Shown in pieces: positions 48,716-57,040 of a stretch of DNA of 64,000 nt. The stretch lies in the NCBI GenBank assembly GCA_965262355.1, contig OZ253534.1:1280845-1344844 (forward strand), written 5' to 3'. The stretch comes from Candidatus Multivorans sp. GTDB taxonomy: Bacteria; Acidobacteriota; Thermoanaerobaculia; Multivoradales; Multivoraceae. The translations under genes were made by a program, and so were the position numbers. Each line of letters begins with the position of its first letter. Position 1 is the first letter of the stretch. A model generated the notes under the pieces. The model saw only the letters and a program-made list of their open reading frames with translations. It searched no databases and had not been told where the DNA came from.

Positions 48716-50434
48716 CAGCGGCCAATAGGTCGCTGCTTCCCGCTCGTGACGCTCCTTCTGGTCACGCCGGCCATCTCCGCCACCGCCCAGGACTTCGCCG
48801 AACTCCTGGAGATCCGGCGCGTCAGGGCAACCCTGGACCTGAGCCAGGTGCCGGAACCGGACCTGACCGGGGTCCCCGCGGTGGACGCGCGGCGCCTTCG
48901 GGACTACCGGGCGCTCACAGCCGGCGCTCTGGAACACGCCGCCGAACCGCTGCAGGCGCAGTTGGCGGTGAACAGCTACGGCGATCTCTGCGTGCGTTAC
49001 CTGCACTACGAGCTTCACGACACGGCCGCCGCCTGCCTGGACCAGATCCGGGAGCTGGCGCCGGCGGACTTCCAGTTTGCCTACTTCCAGCTCTTGCTGG
49101 ACATTGCGACCGGCGACCTGGAAGGGGCTCTCTCCAGCGCCGAGCAGGCGCTCGTCATCCGGCCCGACGACCCGCCGGCCTTGATCCGCCTGGCCGAACT
49201 CCACGTCGCGACCGGCGACGTCGATGCCGCCGAAGCCGCGTACGAAGCGGCGCTTGCGGCCTATCCGGAGAGCGCGACGGCCCGCGTCGGCCTCGGTTAC
49301 ATCGCGATGGAACGCGGCGACCCGGCGCGCGCGCTCGAGATCTTCCAGGAAGTCGCTGCGTCCCAGCCCGAGGGCAGCGAGGCGAACCACCACGTCGGTC
49401 TCGCCTACCGCACCCTCGGCGACGCCGACCGGGCTGCCGAGGCGTGGCGCCTGAACCAGGACATCCTGATCCCGATGTACGACCCGCTACTCGAACGCCT
49501 CAGGCCGCTTGAGGAAGACGTGATCCTGCCCCTGGACCGCGCCGTCGCCGCCGCCGCGGAGGGCGACCACGAGCGGGCGGTCGGGCTGTTTGAGGAGATC
49601 CTCCAAGCGAACGAAGCGGACGACGAGGCCCACTTCCGCCTGGCCGGCTCGCTGCTGGTGTCGGGCGACTCGGCACGCGGCCAACGGCACCTGCGCCGGG
49701 CCATCTCCCTGAACGCGGACCACGCCGGGGCCCACTTCGCTCTCGCCATGGTCCTCGCCCAGGCCGGACGCCGCGCCGAGGGCGCCCAGCACCTGGAACG
49801 TGCGGCCGATCTCGCACCCGAGAACCTGACCTGGCGTCTTCAGCGGGCACAGATGCGGGCCGCCTCGGGCAACACCGCCGGCGCCATCGACGAACTCAGG
49901 CAGGTCGTTGCCCTCGACCCCGGGATGATCGAGGCGCGAAGGATGCTCTCCGCCGTGCTGGTCGGCACCGGCCGGACGGAAGACGCCGCCGCCCAGTTGC
50001 AGGCTCTGGTCGCTCTGACGCCGGACGACCTGCAGGCGCGGTTCAATCTCGGACTGATGCTGTTCGAGACCGGCCGCTACGCGGAGGCGCGTGTGGCTCT
50101 CGACGAAGCTCTGGGGCGCTTCCCCAGCGATGTCGCCACCCGCCACCTGCTGGCGCGATTGCTGGCTACGAGTCCCGACGACGCAGCGCGGGACGGCGCC
50201 CGGGCGGTCGAGCTGGCTCAGTCGGTGGTCGACGAACAACCCGCACTCGACCACCTCGAGACGCTGGCGATGGCCCTGGCCGAGGCCGGGCGGTTCGACG
50301 ACGCGATCGCCTGGCAGCAACGGGCGCTGGAACGGGAACGGGCCGAGGCCGGTGGCAACTCGTCCCAGCGGCTGGATCGGCTGGCGCTCTACCAGGCGCG
50401 CCAGCCGCTGCGGGCGCCGCGGCGGCAGAACTAG
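48716..50434 (+). CDS. secreted TPR-repeat protein
   Basis: Signal peptide (PLVTLLLVTPAISATAQD); the start is uncertain because the 5' region overlaps the previous gene end. More than 10 TPR-like repeats. Confidence 0.6.
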   Translation, partial: QRPIGRCFPLVTLLLVTPAISATAQDFAELLEIRRVRATLDLSQVPEPDLTGVPAVDARRLRDYRALTAGALEHAAEPLQAQLAVNSYGDLCVRYLHYELHDTAAACLDQIRELAPADFQFAYFQLLLDIATGDLEGALSSAEQALVIRPDDPPALIRLAELHVATGDVDAAEAAYEAALAAYPESATARVGLGYIAMERGDPARALEIFQEVAASQPEGSEANHHVGLAYRTLGDADRAAEAWRLNQDILIPMYDPLLERLRPLEEDVILPLDRAVAAAAEGDHERAVGLFEEILQANEADDEAHFRLAGSLLVSGDSARGQRHLRRAISLNADHAGAHFALAMVLAQAGRRAEGAQHLERAADLAPENLTWRLQRAQMRAASGNTAGAIDELRQVVALDPGMIEARRMLSAVLVGTGRTEDAAAQLQALVALTPDDLQARFNLGLMLFETGRYAEARVALDEALGRFPSDVATRHLLARLLATSPDDAARDGARAVELAQSVVDEQPALDHLETLAMALAEAGRFDDAIAWQQRALERERAEAGGNSSQRLDRLALYQARQPLRAPRRQN

Positions 50435-50484
50435 GAGCGGCTGAGACTCTTGCCTTCCATTGCCGCCCGGTTTACGCTTACCGG

Positions 50485-53400
50485 ATGGCCCCCAAGGTAC
50501 CCAAGGTCGACGTACCGGCCCGCAACATGGGCCTGTCCGGCTCGATGCGCAAGGGCAGCAGCCGCGGCGGCGGTAGCGGCAACGGTCTGCTCGACGCCCG
50601 GGGCGAGCCGAACCCCGGCTACGCCGCGCCGGGTGCGGTCAAGGAGCAACTGCGCCGGCGCCAGTTCCAGTCTCCGCCCAAGCGCCGGCGGGGGGCCCCG
50701 CCCTACGCCGAACTCCACACCGCTTCGTCGTTCTCCTTTCTGCGCGGCTCGTCGCAACCCGAGGACCTGGTGGCGCGCGCGGCGGCGCTGGGGCTGCCGG
50801 CAGTCGCCCTGCTCGACCGGAACGGCGTCTCCGGCGCGCCGCGCTTCTACAAGGCGGCGCGTGAGGCGGGAATCCGGGCGCTGGTCGGCGCCGAGGCGGT
50901 CATCGACCGGCCGCAGGCGTCCACGGCGTCGCGGCAGCGCGAGGAGCGGCCGATGCTGGACGACCAGGAGACCCGCGTCCACCTCCTGGTGCGGAGTCGA
51001 CAGGGCTATCGCAACCTCTGCCGCCTGCTGACCGCCGGAGCGCTCAACCACCCCAAGGGCGAGGCCCGGATCGACTGGACGCTGCTCGAGGAACACGCGG
51101 CGGGGCTCCACTGCCTGGCCGGCGCCGCAACCGATCCGGTCGGCAGGGCGCTGGCGCGGGAAGGGTTGGAGGCCGCCCAGCGGCAGCTCGAACGGCTGCA
51201 CGCCGTTTTCCCCGGCCGCCTGCACGTGGAGCTCGCTCGGCACGGCATCCGCGCCGAGGAACACCGCAACCAGGCCCTGGTCCGGATGGCGCAGGGGCTC
51301 AAGGCGCCGGTCGTGGCCACCGGCGGCGTGCGCTACGCCACCGCCGCCGACAAGCCCCTCTACGACCTGATGACCGCGATCCGGCACCACGTGACGGTCG
51401 ACGACGCCGGCGCGCGCCTCGCCCGTGAGCGCCAGCGCCGCCTCAGGAGCCCGGAGGAGATGCACCGGCTGTTCGCCGATCTGCCGCAGGCGGTCCACGC
51501 CGCACACGATCTGGCCGCTGAACTCGACTTCACCCTCGCCGACCTCGGCTACCGCTTCCCGGACTATCCGCTGCCCGCCGGCGAGACCGCGATCTCAACC
51601 CTCCGCGAACTGACCTGGCAGGGGGCGCGGGAGCGCTTCCGGCCGCTCACCGCCCGCGCCGGGGCACAGCTCGAGAAGGAACTCGCGCTGATCGGGAAGC
51701 TCGACCTCGCCGGCTACTTCCTGATCGTCTGGGACATCGTCCGCTTCTGCAAGGAGCAGCGGATCTTCGCCCAGGGCCGCGGCTCGGCCGCCAACTCCGC
51801 GGTCTGTTACGCACTCTCCATCACCGCGGTGGACCCGGTGAAGATGGACCTCCTGTTCGAGCGCTTCCTGTCCGAGGAACGCGGCGAGTGGCCGGACATC
51901 GACATCGACCTGCCGTCCGGCGACCAGCGCGAGAAGGTGATCCAGTACGTCTACCGGCGCTACGGCCGGCACGGCGCGGCGATGACCGCGAACGTGATCA
52001 CCTACCGCGATCGTATGGCCGCGCGCGAGGCGGCCAAGGCGCTCGGGTGCTCCAAGTCCCAGGTCGACCAGCTGGCCAACTTGAGCCGCGGCGACAGCAA
52101 GGAGATGGACAAGGAGTTGACCGAACTCGGGTTCGATCCCCGCGACCGGCGCATCCAGCTCTTCATCCGCCTGTGGCGGCAGCTCCAGAACCATCCCCGT
52201 CACCTGGGGCAGCACTCGGGCGGCATGGTGCTCTGCGCCGGCCGGCTGGACGAGATCGTGCCGCTTGAACCGGCGGCGATGGAGAACCGGGTCATCGTCC
52301 AGTGGGACAAGGACGACTGCGCCGATCTGGGGATCATCAAGGTCGACCTGCTCGGCCTCGGCATGCTGAACGCGCTCGAGGAGGCGGTGCCCCTGATCCG
52401 CCGGCACGAGGGCACGGAGATCGACCTCGCCCACCTGCCGCCCGACGACCCGGCGGTCTACGAGATGATCTGCCGCGCCGACACGGTCGGGGTCTTCCAG
52501 ATCGAGAGCCGGGCGCAGATGGCGTCCCTGCCGCGCCACCGGCCATACAAGTTCTACGACCTCGTGATCCAGATCGCGATCATCCGTCCCGGCCCGATCG
52601 TCGGCCGCATGGCCCATCCCTTCTTCGAGCGCCGGGTGGGCCGCGAGGAGGTCACCTACCCTCACCCGCTGCTCGAGCCGATCCTGCGCCGCACCCTCGG
52701 CGTGCCGATCTTCCAGGAGCAGATTCTCAAGATCGCCATGGTCGCGGCCGGGTTCTCCGGCGGCGAGGCGGAGGACCTGCGGCGCGCGATGGGCTTCAAG
52801 CGCTCCGTCGAGCGTATGCAGCAGATCGAGCACCGGCTGCGCTCCGGCATGAACGAACGCGGCATCCAGGGCGTTGCCCAGGAGCAGATCGTCAAGGCGA
52901 TCACGTCGTTCGCGCTCTACGGCTTCCCCGAGTCGCACTCCGCCAGCTTCGCCCTGATCGCCTACGCCAGCGCCTACCTGAAGCGTCACCACCCGACCGC
53001 CTTCTTCCTGTCGCTCCTGAACGCCTGGCCGATGGGCTTCTACCACCCGGCGACCCTGGTCCGCGAAGCGCAGCGCGCGGGCAGCGTCGTGCTGCCGATC
53101 GACGTGAACGAATCGGGGGTGAGGTGCCGCTGGCAGGACCGGCCGGCGGAGAACGACGCCGGTGTGCAGACCGGCGAGCCGCCCCCGCCGGGCGCGATCC
53201 GCCTCGGGCTCCGTTACATCAAGGGGATGCGGCGCGAAGCGGCGGAACGGATCGAGGCCGAGCAGGCGGCGAGGCGGTTCCGTTCGATCGAGGATCTGGC
53301 CGAGCGCTGCCGCCTGCGCCGGAACGAACTCGTGGCCCTGGCGTCCATTGGCGCGTTGCCCGGGCGCGGCCGGCGCGCGGCACTGTGGCAGGCGGCCCAG

Positions 53401-53880
53401 GTCGAGAAGCCGAAGGGCCCCCTGTTCGCGGATCTCTCAACCGCGACTCCCTCGCCGCTCGACGAGATGACAGAGGTGGAAGAGACCGCAGCCGATTTCG
53501 CCATCGCCTCGATCACCACCGGCCCTCACCCGATGGAGTACTACCGCCGGGCGCTCGACCGCCGCCGCGTCGTGACCGCCGCCGCACTCCCGGACCGGCC
53601 CGCCGGCCGCCGCGTGCGCACCGCCGGCTCGGTCATCGTCCGCCAGCGCCCGGGCACCGCCCGCGGCCTCCTGTTCCTGACCCTGGAGGACGAGACCGGC
53701 ATGAGCCAGACCATCGTCATGCCGGATCAGCTCAAGAAGCACCGCCGCACGATCGTCTCGTCCTCCGGCCTGATCGTCGAAGGCGTGCTGCAGAAGAAGG
53801 ACGGCTCGCTATCCGTCAAGGCGGACAAGTTCTGGCCGATCGACCGGCTGGAGCGGATCCCGAGCCACGATTTCAGGTAG
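50485..53880 (+). CDS. dnaE2: error-prone DNA polymerase DnaE2 (ImuC)
   Basis: PHP domain (YAELHTASSFSFLRGSS), Pol III alpha core, OB-fold. 1131 aa. Same strand as imuAB. Confidence 0.9.
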   Translation: MAPKVPKVDVPARNMGLSGSMRKGSSRGGGSGNGLLDARGEPNPGYAAPGAVKEQLRRRQFQSPPKRRRGAPPYAELHTASSFSFLRGSSQPEDLVARAAALGLPAVALLDRNGVSGAPRFYKAAREAGIRALVGAEAVIDRPQASTASRQREERPMLDDQETRVHLLVRSRQGYRNLCRLLTAGALNHPKGEARIDWTLLEEHAAGLHCLAGAATDPVGRALAREGLEAAQRQLERLHAVFPGRLHVELARHGIRAEEHRNQALVRMAQGLKAPVVATGGVRYATAADKPLYDLMTAIRHHVTVDDAGARLARERQRRLRSPEEMHRLFADLPQAVHAAHDLAAELDFTLADLGYRFPDYPLPAGETAISTLRELTWQGARERFRPLTARAGAQLEKELALIGKLDLAGYFLIVWDIVRFCKEQRIFAQGRGSAANSAVCYALSITAVDPVKMDLLFERFLSEERGEWPDIDIDLPSGDQREKVIQYVYRRYGRHGAAMTANVITYRDRMAAREAAKALGCSKSQVDQLANLSRGDSKEMDKELTELGFDPRDRRIQLFIRLWRQLQNHPRHLGQHSGGMVLCAGRLDEIVPLEPAAMENRVIVQWDKDDCADLGIIKVDLLGLGMLNALEEAVPLIRRHEGTEIDLAHLPPDDPAVYEMICRADTVGVFQIESRAQMASLPRHRPYKFYDLVIQIAIIRPGPIVGRMAHPFFERRVGREEVTYPHPLLEPILRRTLGVPIFQEQILKIAMVAAGFSGGEAEDLRRAMGFKRSVERMQQIEHRLRSGMNERGIQGVAQEQIVKAITSFALYGFPESHSASFALIAYASAYLKRHHPTAFFLSLLNAWPMGFYHPATLVREAQRAGSVVLPIDVNESGVRCRWQDRPAENDAGVQTGEPPPPGAIRLGLRYIKGMRREAAERIEAEQAARRFRSIEDLAERCRLRRNELVALASIGALPGRGRRAALWQAAQVEKPKGPLFADLSTATPSPLDEMTEVEETAADFAIASITTGPHPMEYYRRALDRRRVVTAAALPDRPAGRRVRTAGSVIVRQRPGTARGLLFLTLEDETGMSQTIVMPDQLKKHRRTIVSSSGLIVEGVLQKKDGSLSVKADKFWPIDRLERIPSHDFR

Positions 53881-53894
53881 CGCGACCAAGCACT

Positions 53895-54539
53895 TCATCC
53901 GCCTTCGGGAAAGATGCACTGGAGATTGTCCACATCGCTCTCTGTCGCGTAGAAAACCCGAGATCCTGTCTCCCACGGAACATCGAGCGCACCGCGCGAC
54001 ATCTCAACTCCAATCAACTCGGGCTGATCCACGGCGTGCTTGAAACCCAGGAGATGAAACAACTCGTGGACGATGACCTCTCCGTCGCGTCCATTGGCGT
54101 TCCCCTGACAACAAGGATCGTCATCGGTCCACCATGGCCCCAGGGCGCGTTTGTTGTAGCTCAGAGTCCCGCAACAGGCATGGGCGCTCATTATTGAGCC
54201 CCCTCTGCCATCCCAATCCTGAGGGTTATCGTCGTTCATGTAGAACACAAGGATTTGACCGCGCTCGCGAAGCAGATAGGACTCCGAGAAGCGACCGAAT
54301 TCCTGATCCCAACCCGCTGGTGCGCTGGACGGGACCTCGATCAACTCGCCCATCTCAACGATCCGGTACCCGAGCTGCGCCTCGATCTGATCGGCTAGCC
54401 GACCGATCGGATCGAGCAACTGCTGGAGATCTGTGTCGGTGACGAACTCGGGAAAGTTGCGCACCATGTCCACACGAAACGGGGTTCCATCCCACTCCCC
54501 GACTACGCCGTGGTCTCCGAAGTAGGAATCATGGCGCAA
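53895..54539 (-). pseudogene. metzincin-type zinc metalloprotease domain (HELFHLLGFKH), 3' portion of a gene split by IS630 copy B
   Basis: HExxHxxGxxH motif. After removing the IS and one TA copy, the frame is continuous with the repeat-protein ORF at 55720+. Confidence 0.6.
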
Positions 54540-54580
54540 CGCCAGGGATCTGGTGTCCGTACATTCTCTGCCGGCGGCTA

Positions 54581-55717
54581 GTGTAGTGTCTCCGACATGG
54601 GTTGACAGTCTCGGGCAAGTTCGTCAGTATTCCGTTCATGTGGGAACCAGCGGAACGACTTCACATCGAAGAGAGCGATCGAGCGCTTCTCAAGAAATGG
54701 GTAGAGGCGCCGACGACGACGCAACGCACCGTCCGGCGTAGCCGGATCGTGCTCGCTGCGGCGGAGGGCACGGCCAATCGGGCGATTGCGGCGAAACTCG
54801 GCGTTTCGCGGCCCACGGTGCTGCTGTGGCGTCGTCGGTTCGCGGAGGACGGACCTTCGGGGCTGACCAGGGATCGTCCCCGCGGTTGCGGAAAGCCGCC
54901 GCTCTCGGAGTCGGTCGTGCGTAAAGTGATCGAAGCGACGCTGCACGAGAAGCCGCCCGGTCAGACCCACTGGAGCGTGCGTTCGATGGCTCGGGCCCAG
55001 GGCATCAGTCCGGCGGCGGTCCAGCGCATCTGGGTGGCGCACGGGCTGAAGCCCCATCTGGTCAAGACGTTCAAGCTGAGCAACGACCCCAGGTTCGTGG
55101 AAAAGCTGCGGGACGTTGTGGGCCTGTACCGGAATCCGCCCGAGAACGCGCTTGTGTTGTGCGTGGACGAGAAGAGCCAGATCCAGGCTCTGGACCGGAC
55201 CCAGCCGGGCTTGCCGCTCAAGCGCGGCCGCGCGGGAACGATGACCCACGACTACAAGCGCAACGGGACGACGACGTTGTTCGCTGCGCTGAACGTGTTG
55301 GAGGGCACGGTGATCGCGGAGTGCATGGGCCGGCAGCGCCACCAGGAGTTTCTCCGTTTCCTCAAGCGTCTCGACCGTGAGATCCCGAAGCATCTCGACC
55401 TGCACCTGATCCTGGACAACTACCAGACCCACAAACACGCCGCCGTGCGCGCATGGCTGGAGCGAAAGCCTCGCTTCCACTTCCATTTCATTCCGACTTC
55501 GTCGCCCTGGCTCAACCTGGTCGAACGCTGGCTGGGCGGTCTGACCACGAAGGCGATCCGGCGCGGTGCATTCCAGAGCGTCAACGACCTCGTAAAGACC
55601 ATCTACGACTACGTGGAGCACAGCAACGAAAACTCCCGGCCGTTCGTCTGGACGGCCACCGCCGACAGCATCATCGCAAAGGTTACACGTGGTAAAGCCA
55701 TGTTGGAGACAGTACAC
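54581..55717. mobile_element. IS630-family insertion sequence, copy B (1137 bp), inverted relative to copy A
   Basis: Same inverted repeats as copy A. TA at 54579-80 and 55718-19. The transposase CDS differs from copy A by one residue (V vs M). Confidence 0.85.
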
Positions 55718-55720
55718 TAG
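54602..55720 (+). CDS. IS630-family transposase
   Basis: 372 aa, 371/372 identical to copy A. Confidence 0.9.
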   Translation: MTVSGKFVSIPFMWEPAERLHIEESDRALLKKWVEAPTTTQRTVRRSRIVLAAAEGTANRAIAAKLGVSRPTVLLWRRRFAEDGPSGLTRDRPRGCGKPPLSESVVRKVIEATLHEKPPGQTHWSVRSMARAQGISPAAVQRIWVAHGLKPHLVKTFKLSNDPRFVEKLRDVVGLYRNPPENALVLCVDEKSQIQALDRTQPGLPLKRGRAGTMTHDYKRNGTTTLFAALNVLEGTVIAECMGRQRHQEFLRFLKRLDREIPKHLDLHLILDNYQTHKHAAVRAWLERKPRFHFHFIPTSSPWLNLVERWLGGLTTKAIRRGAFQSVNDLVKTIYDYVEHSNENSRPFVWTATADSIIAKVTRGKAMLETVH

Positions 55721-56725
55721 GTGCGGGACAATCCCCATTAGACCCTGCGTGTCATGCACGAACAGGCTGCCGGTCCCGAATACGCTTCGCGTGGTCTCTA
55801 CACCCCCTGGATCGAGCGCCGCCGCTCCCCCACTCAAGCGCCCTTCGCATATCAACGGAGCGACAGCCGCATTGCGGTCCCCGTTTACCCAGTACCAACC
55901 GTCATCCCCGATGTCCGTGAATGAAACCTGACACTGCACCGGATCACCATTTGCACCGGCACACAGGGAATCGGTCAAGAGTTGGACGACCAAGCCGTCG
56001 GACCGTGGAAACAGGGTTTCTCGCACAGCCGTGCCGTCGCGCTCGATGCTGACTTCCAGGGACTGACCGCCTTCCGGCTTCGCCACGAATCCGCCGGTGC
56101 CGCGAAAGAACGGCGCAACGTGACGCTCGCAGCTCTGCGTGTCGCCGCCGCCAGCTCGAGAAAGCTGCGGAACGATCCCCATGAGACCCTGCGTTTCGTG
56201 CACAAAGAGCGTTCCCGTCCCAAACCTGCCTCGTGTTGTCTCCACGCCGCCGGGATCGAGCGGCGCCGCGCCACCACCCAGGTCGTCCTCGCAGATCAGC
56301 GGAGCAACGGCGGCGTTGCGGTCGCCGTTCACCCAATACCAACCCCCGTCCTCAATGCCGCTGAGCGTGACGCCGCACTCAACCGGATCGCCACCAGGAG
56401 ACGCCGTGCAAAGGGACGATCTCAACAACTCGACGGCCAGACCATCGCTACGCGCGAACACCGTCCGGACTTCGGTCTCATTGGAGCCCTGAACAGTCAG
56501 TTCCGCAGAGCGGCTATCCGTGGGCGCCACCACGAGTCCGCCGGTACCTCGAAAGAACGGCGCCCCGTAGCGTTCGCAACCCTGCGCGCTGTTCGCGCCG
56601 CCTACTAGAAGGACAATCGGGAACAGGACCAGCAGGCGACTCGCAATCCCGGCGGCCCTGGTCCGCGAAGCGCAGCGCGCGGGCAGCGTCGTGCTGCCGC
56701 TCGACGTGAACGAGTCGGGAGTGAC
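55718..56725 (-). pseudogene. 5' portion of the secreted metzincin gene: signal peptide plus two tandem ~140-aa Cys-containing repeats
   Basis: Repeats CERYGAPFFRGTGG ... GWYWVNGDRNAAVAPLICE ... GLMGIVPQL and CERHVAPFFRGTGG ... GLMGIVPHL. The start is uncertain (a GTG near 56725 or further downstream). Confidence 0.5.
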
Positions 56726-56736
56726 GTGCCGCTGGC
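56638..56736 (+). other. ~97-nt diverged (~94% identical) copy of an internal dnaE2 segment (matches dnaE2 nt ~53047-53143)
   Basis: Direct comparison: cccggcg[a/g]ccctggtccgcgaagcgcagcgcgcgggcagcgtcgtgctgcc ... cgctggcagg. Confidence 0.7.
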
Positions 56737-56745
56737 AGGCCTGGA

Positions 56746-56991
56746 TCAGGACATCATCTTCAGCGCGATATAGGGAACGACATTCAGGACCACCACTGCG
56801 AGTCGATATTGCTGAAACACGCGGAAGAAGGTTACCGCCGCTTCTTCCTTGGTCACACCGAACATCTTCGCAGTGATGGTGGCGAAGATGTCGCGAAACA
56901 CACTGAAGACCAGCATGGCCAGGAGCAACAATCCGACATTGAGCGCCGTACACCAGCCGAAAAACGTCGCCAGCGTGTCGATCGAGTTCAT
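56746..56991 (-). CDS. small membrane protein (2 TM helices)
   Basis: 81 aa, hydrophobic, plausible codon usage. Sits just after the dnaE2 fragment. Confidence 0.4.
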   Translation of the reverse strand: MNSIDTLATFFGWCTALNVGLLLLAMLVFSVFRDIFATITAKMFGVTKEEAAVTFFRVFQQYRLAVVVLNVVPYIALKMMS

Positions 56992-57040
56992 GATCTTGAC
57001 TCCTGTAGTGGCCCGGTTTCGTGACTGTACCGCGCGCGGT

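Noticed and set aside
54578-56953. 791-aa minus-strand ORF
   Set aside because: Chimeric. It reads from a dnaE2-fragment region through the repeat-protein gene and then antisense through IS630 copy B. Only the 55720-~56725 portion is considered real coding sequence.
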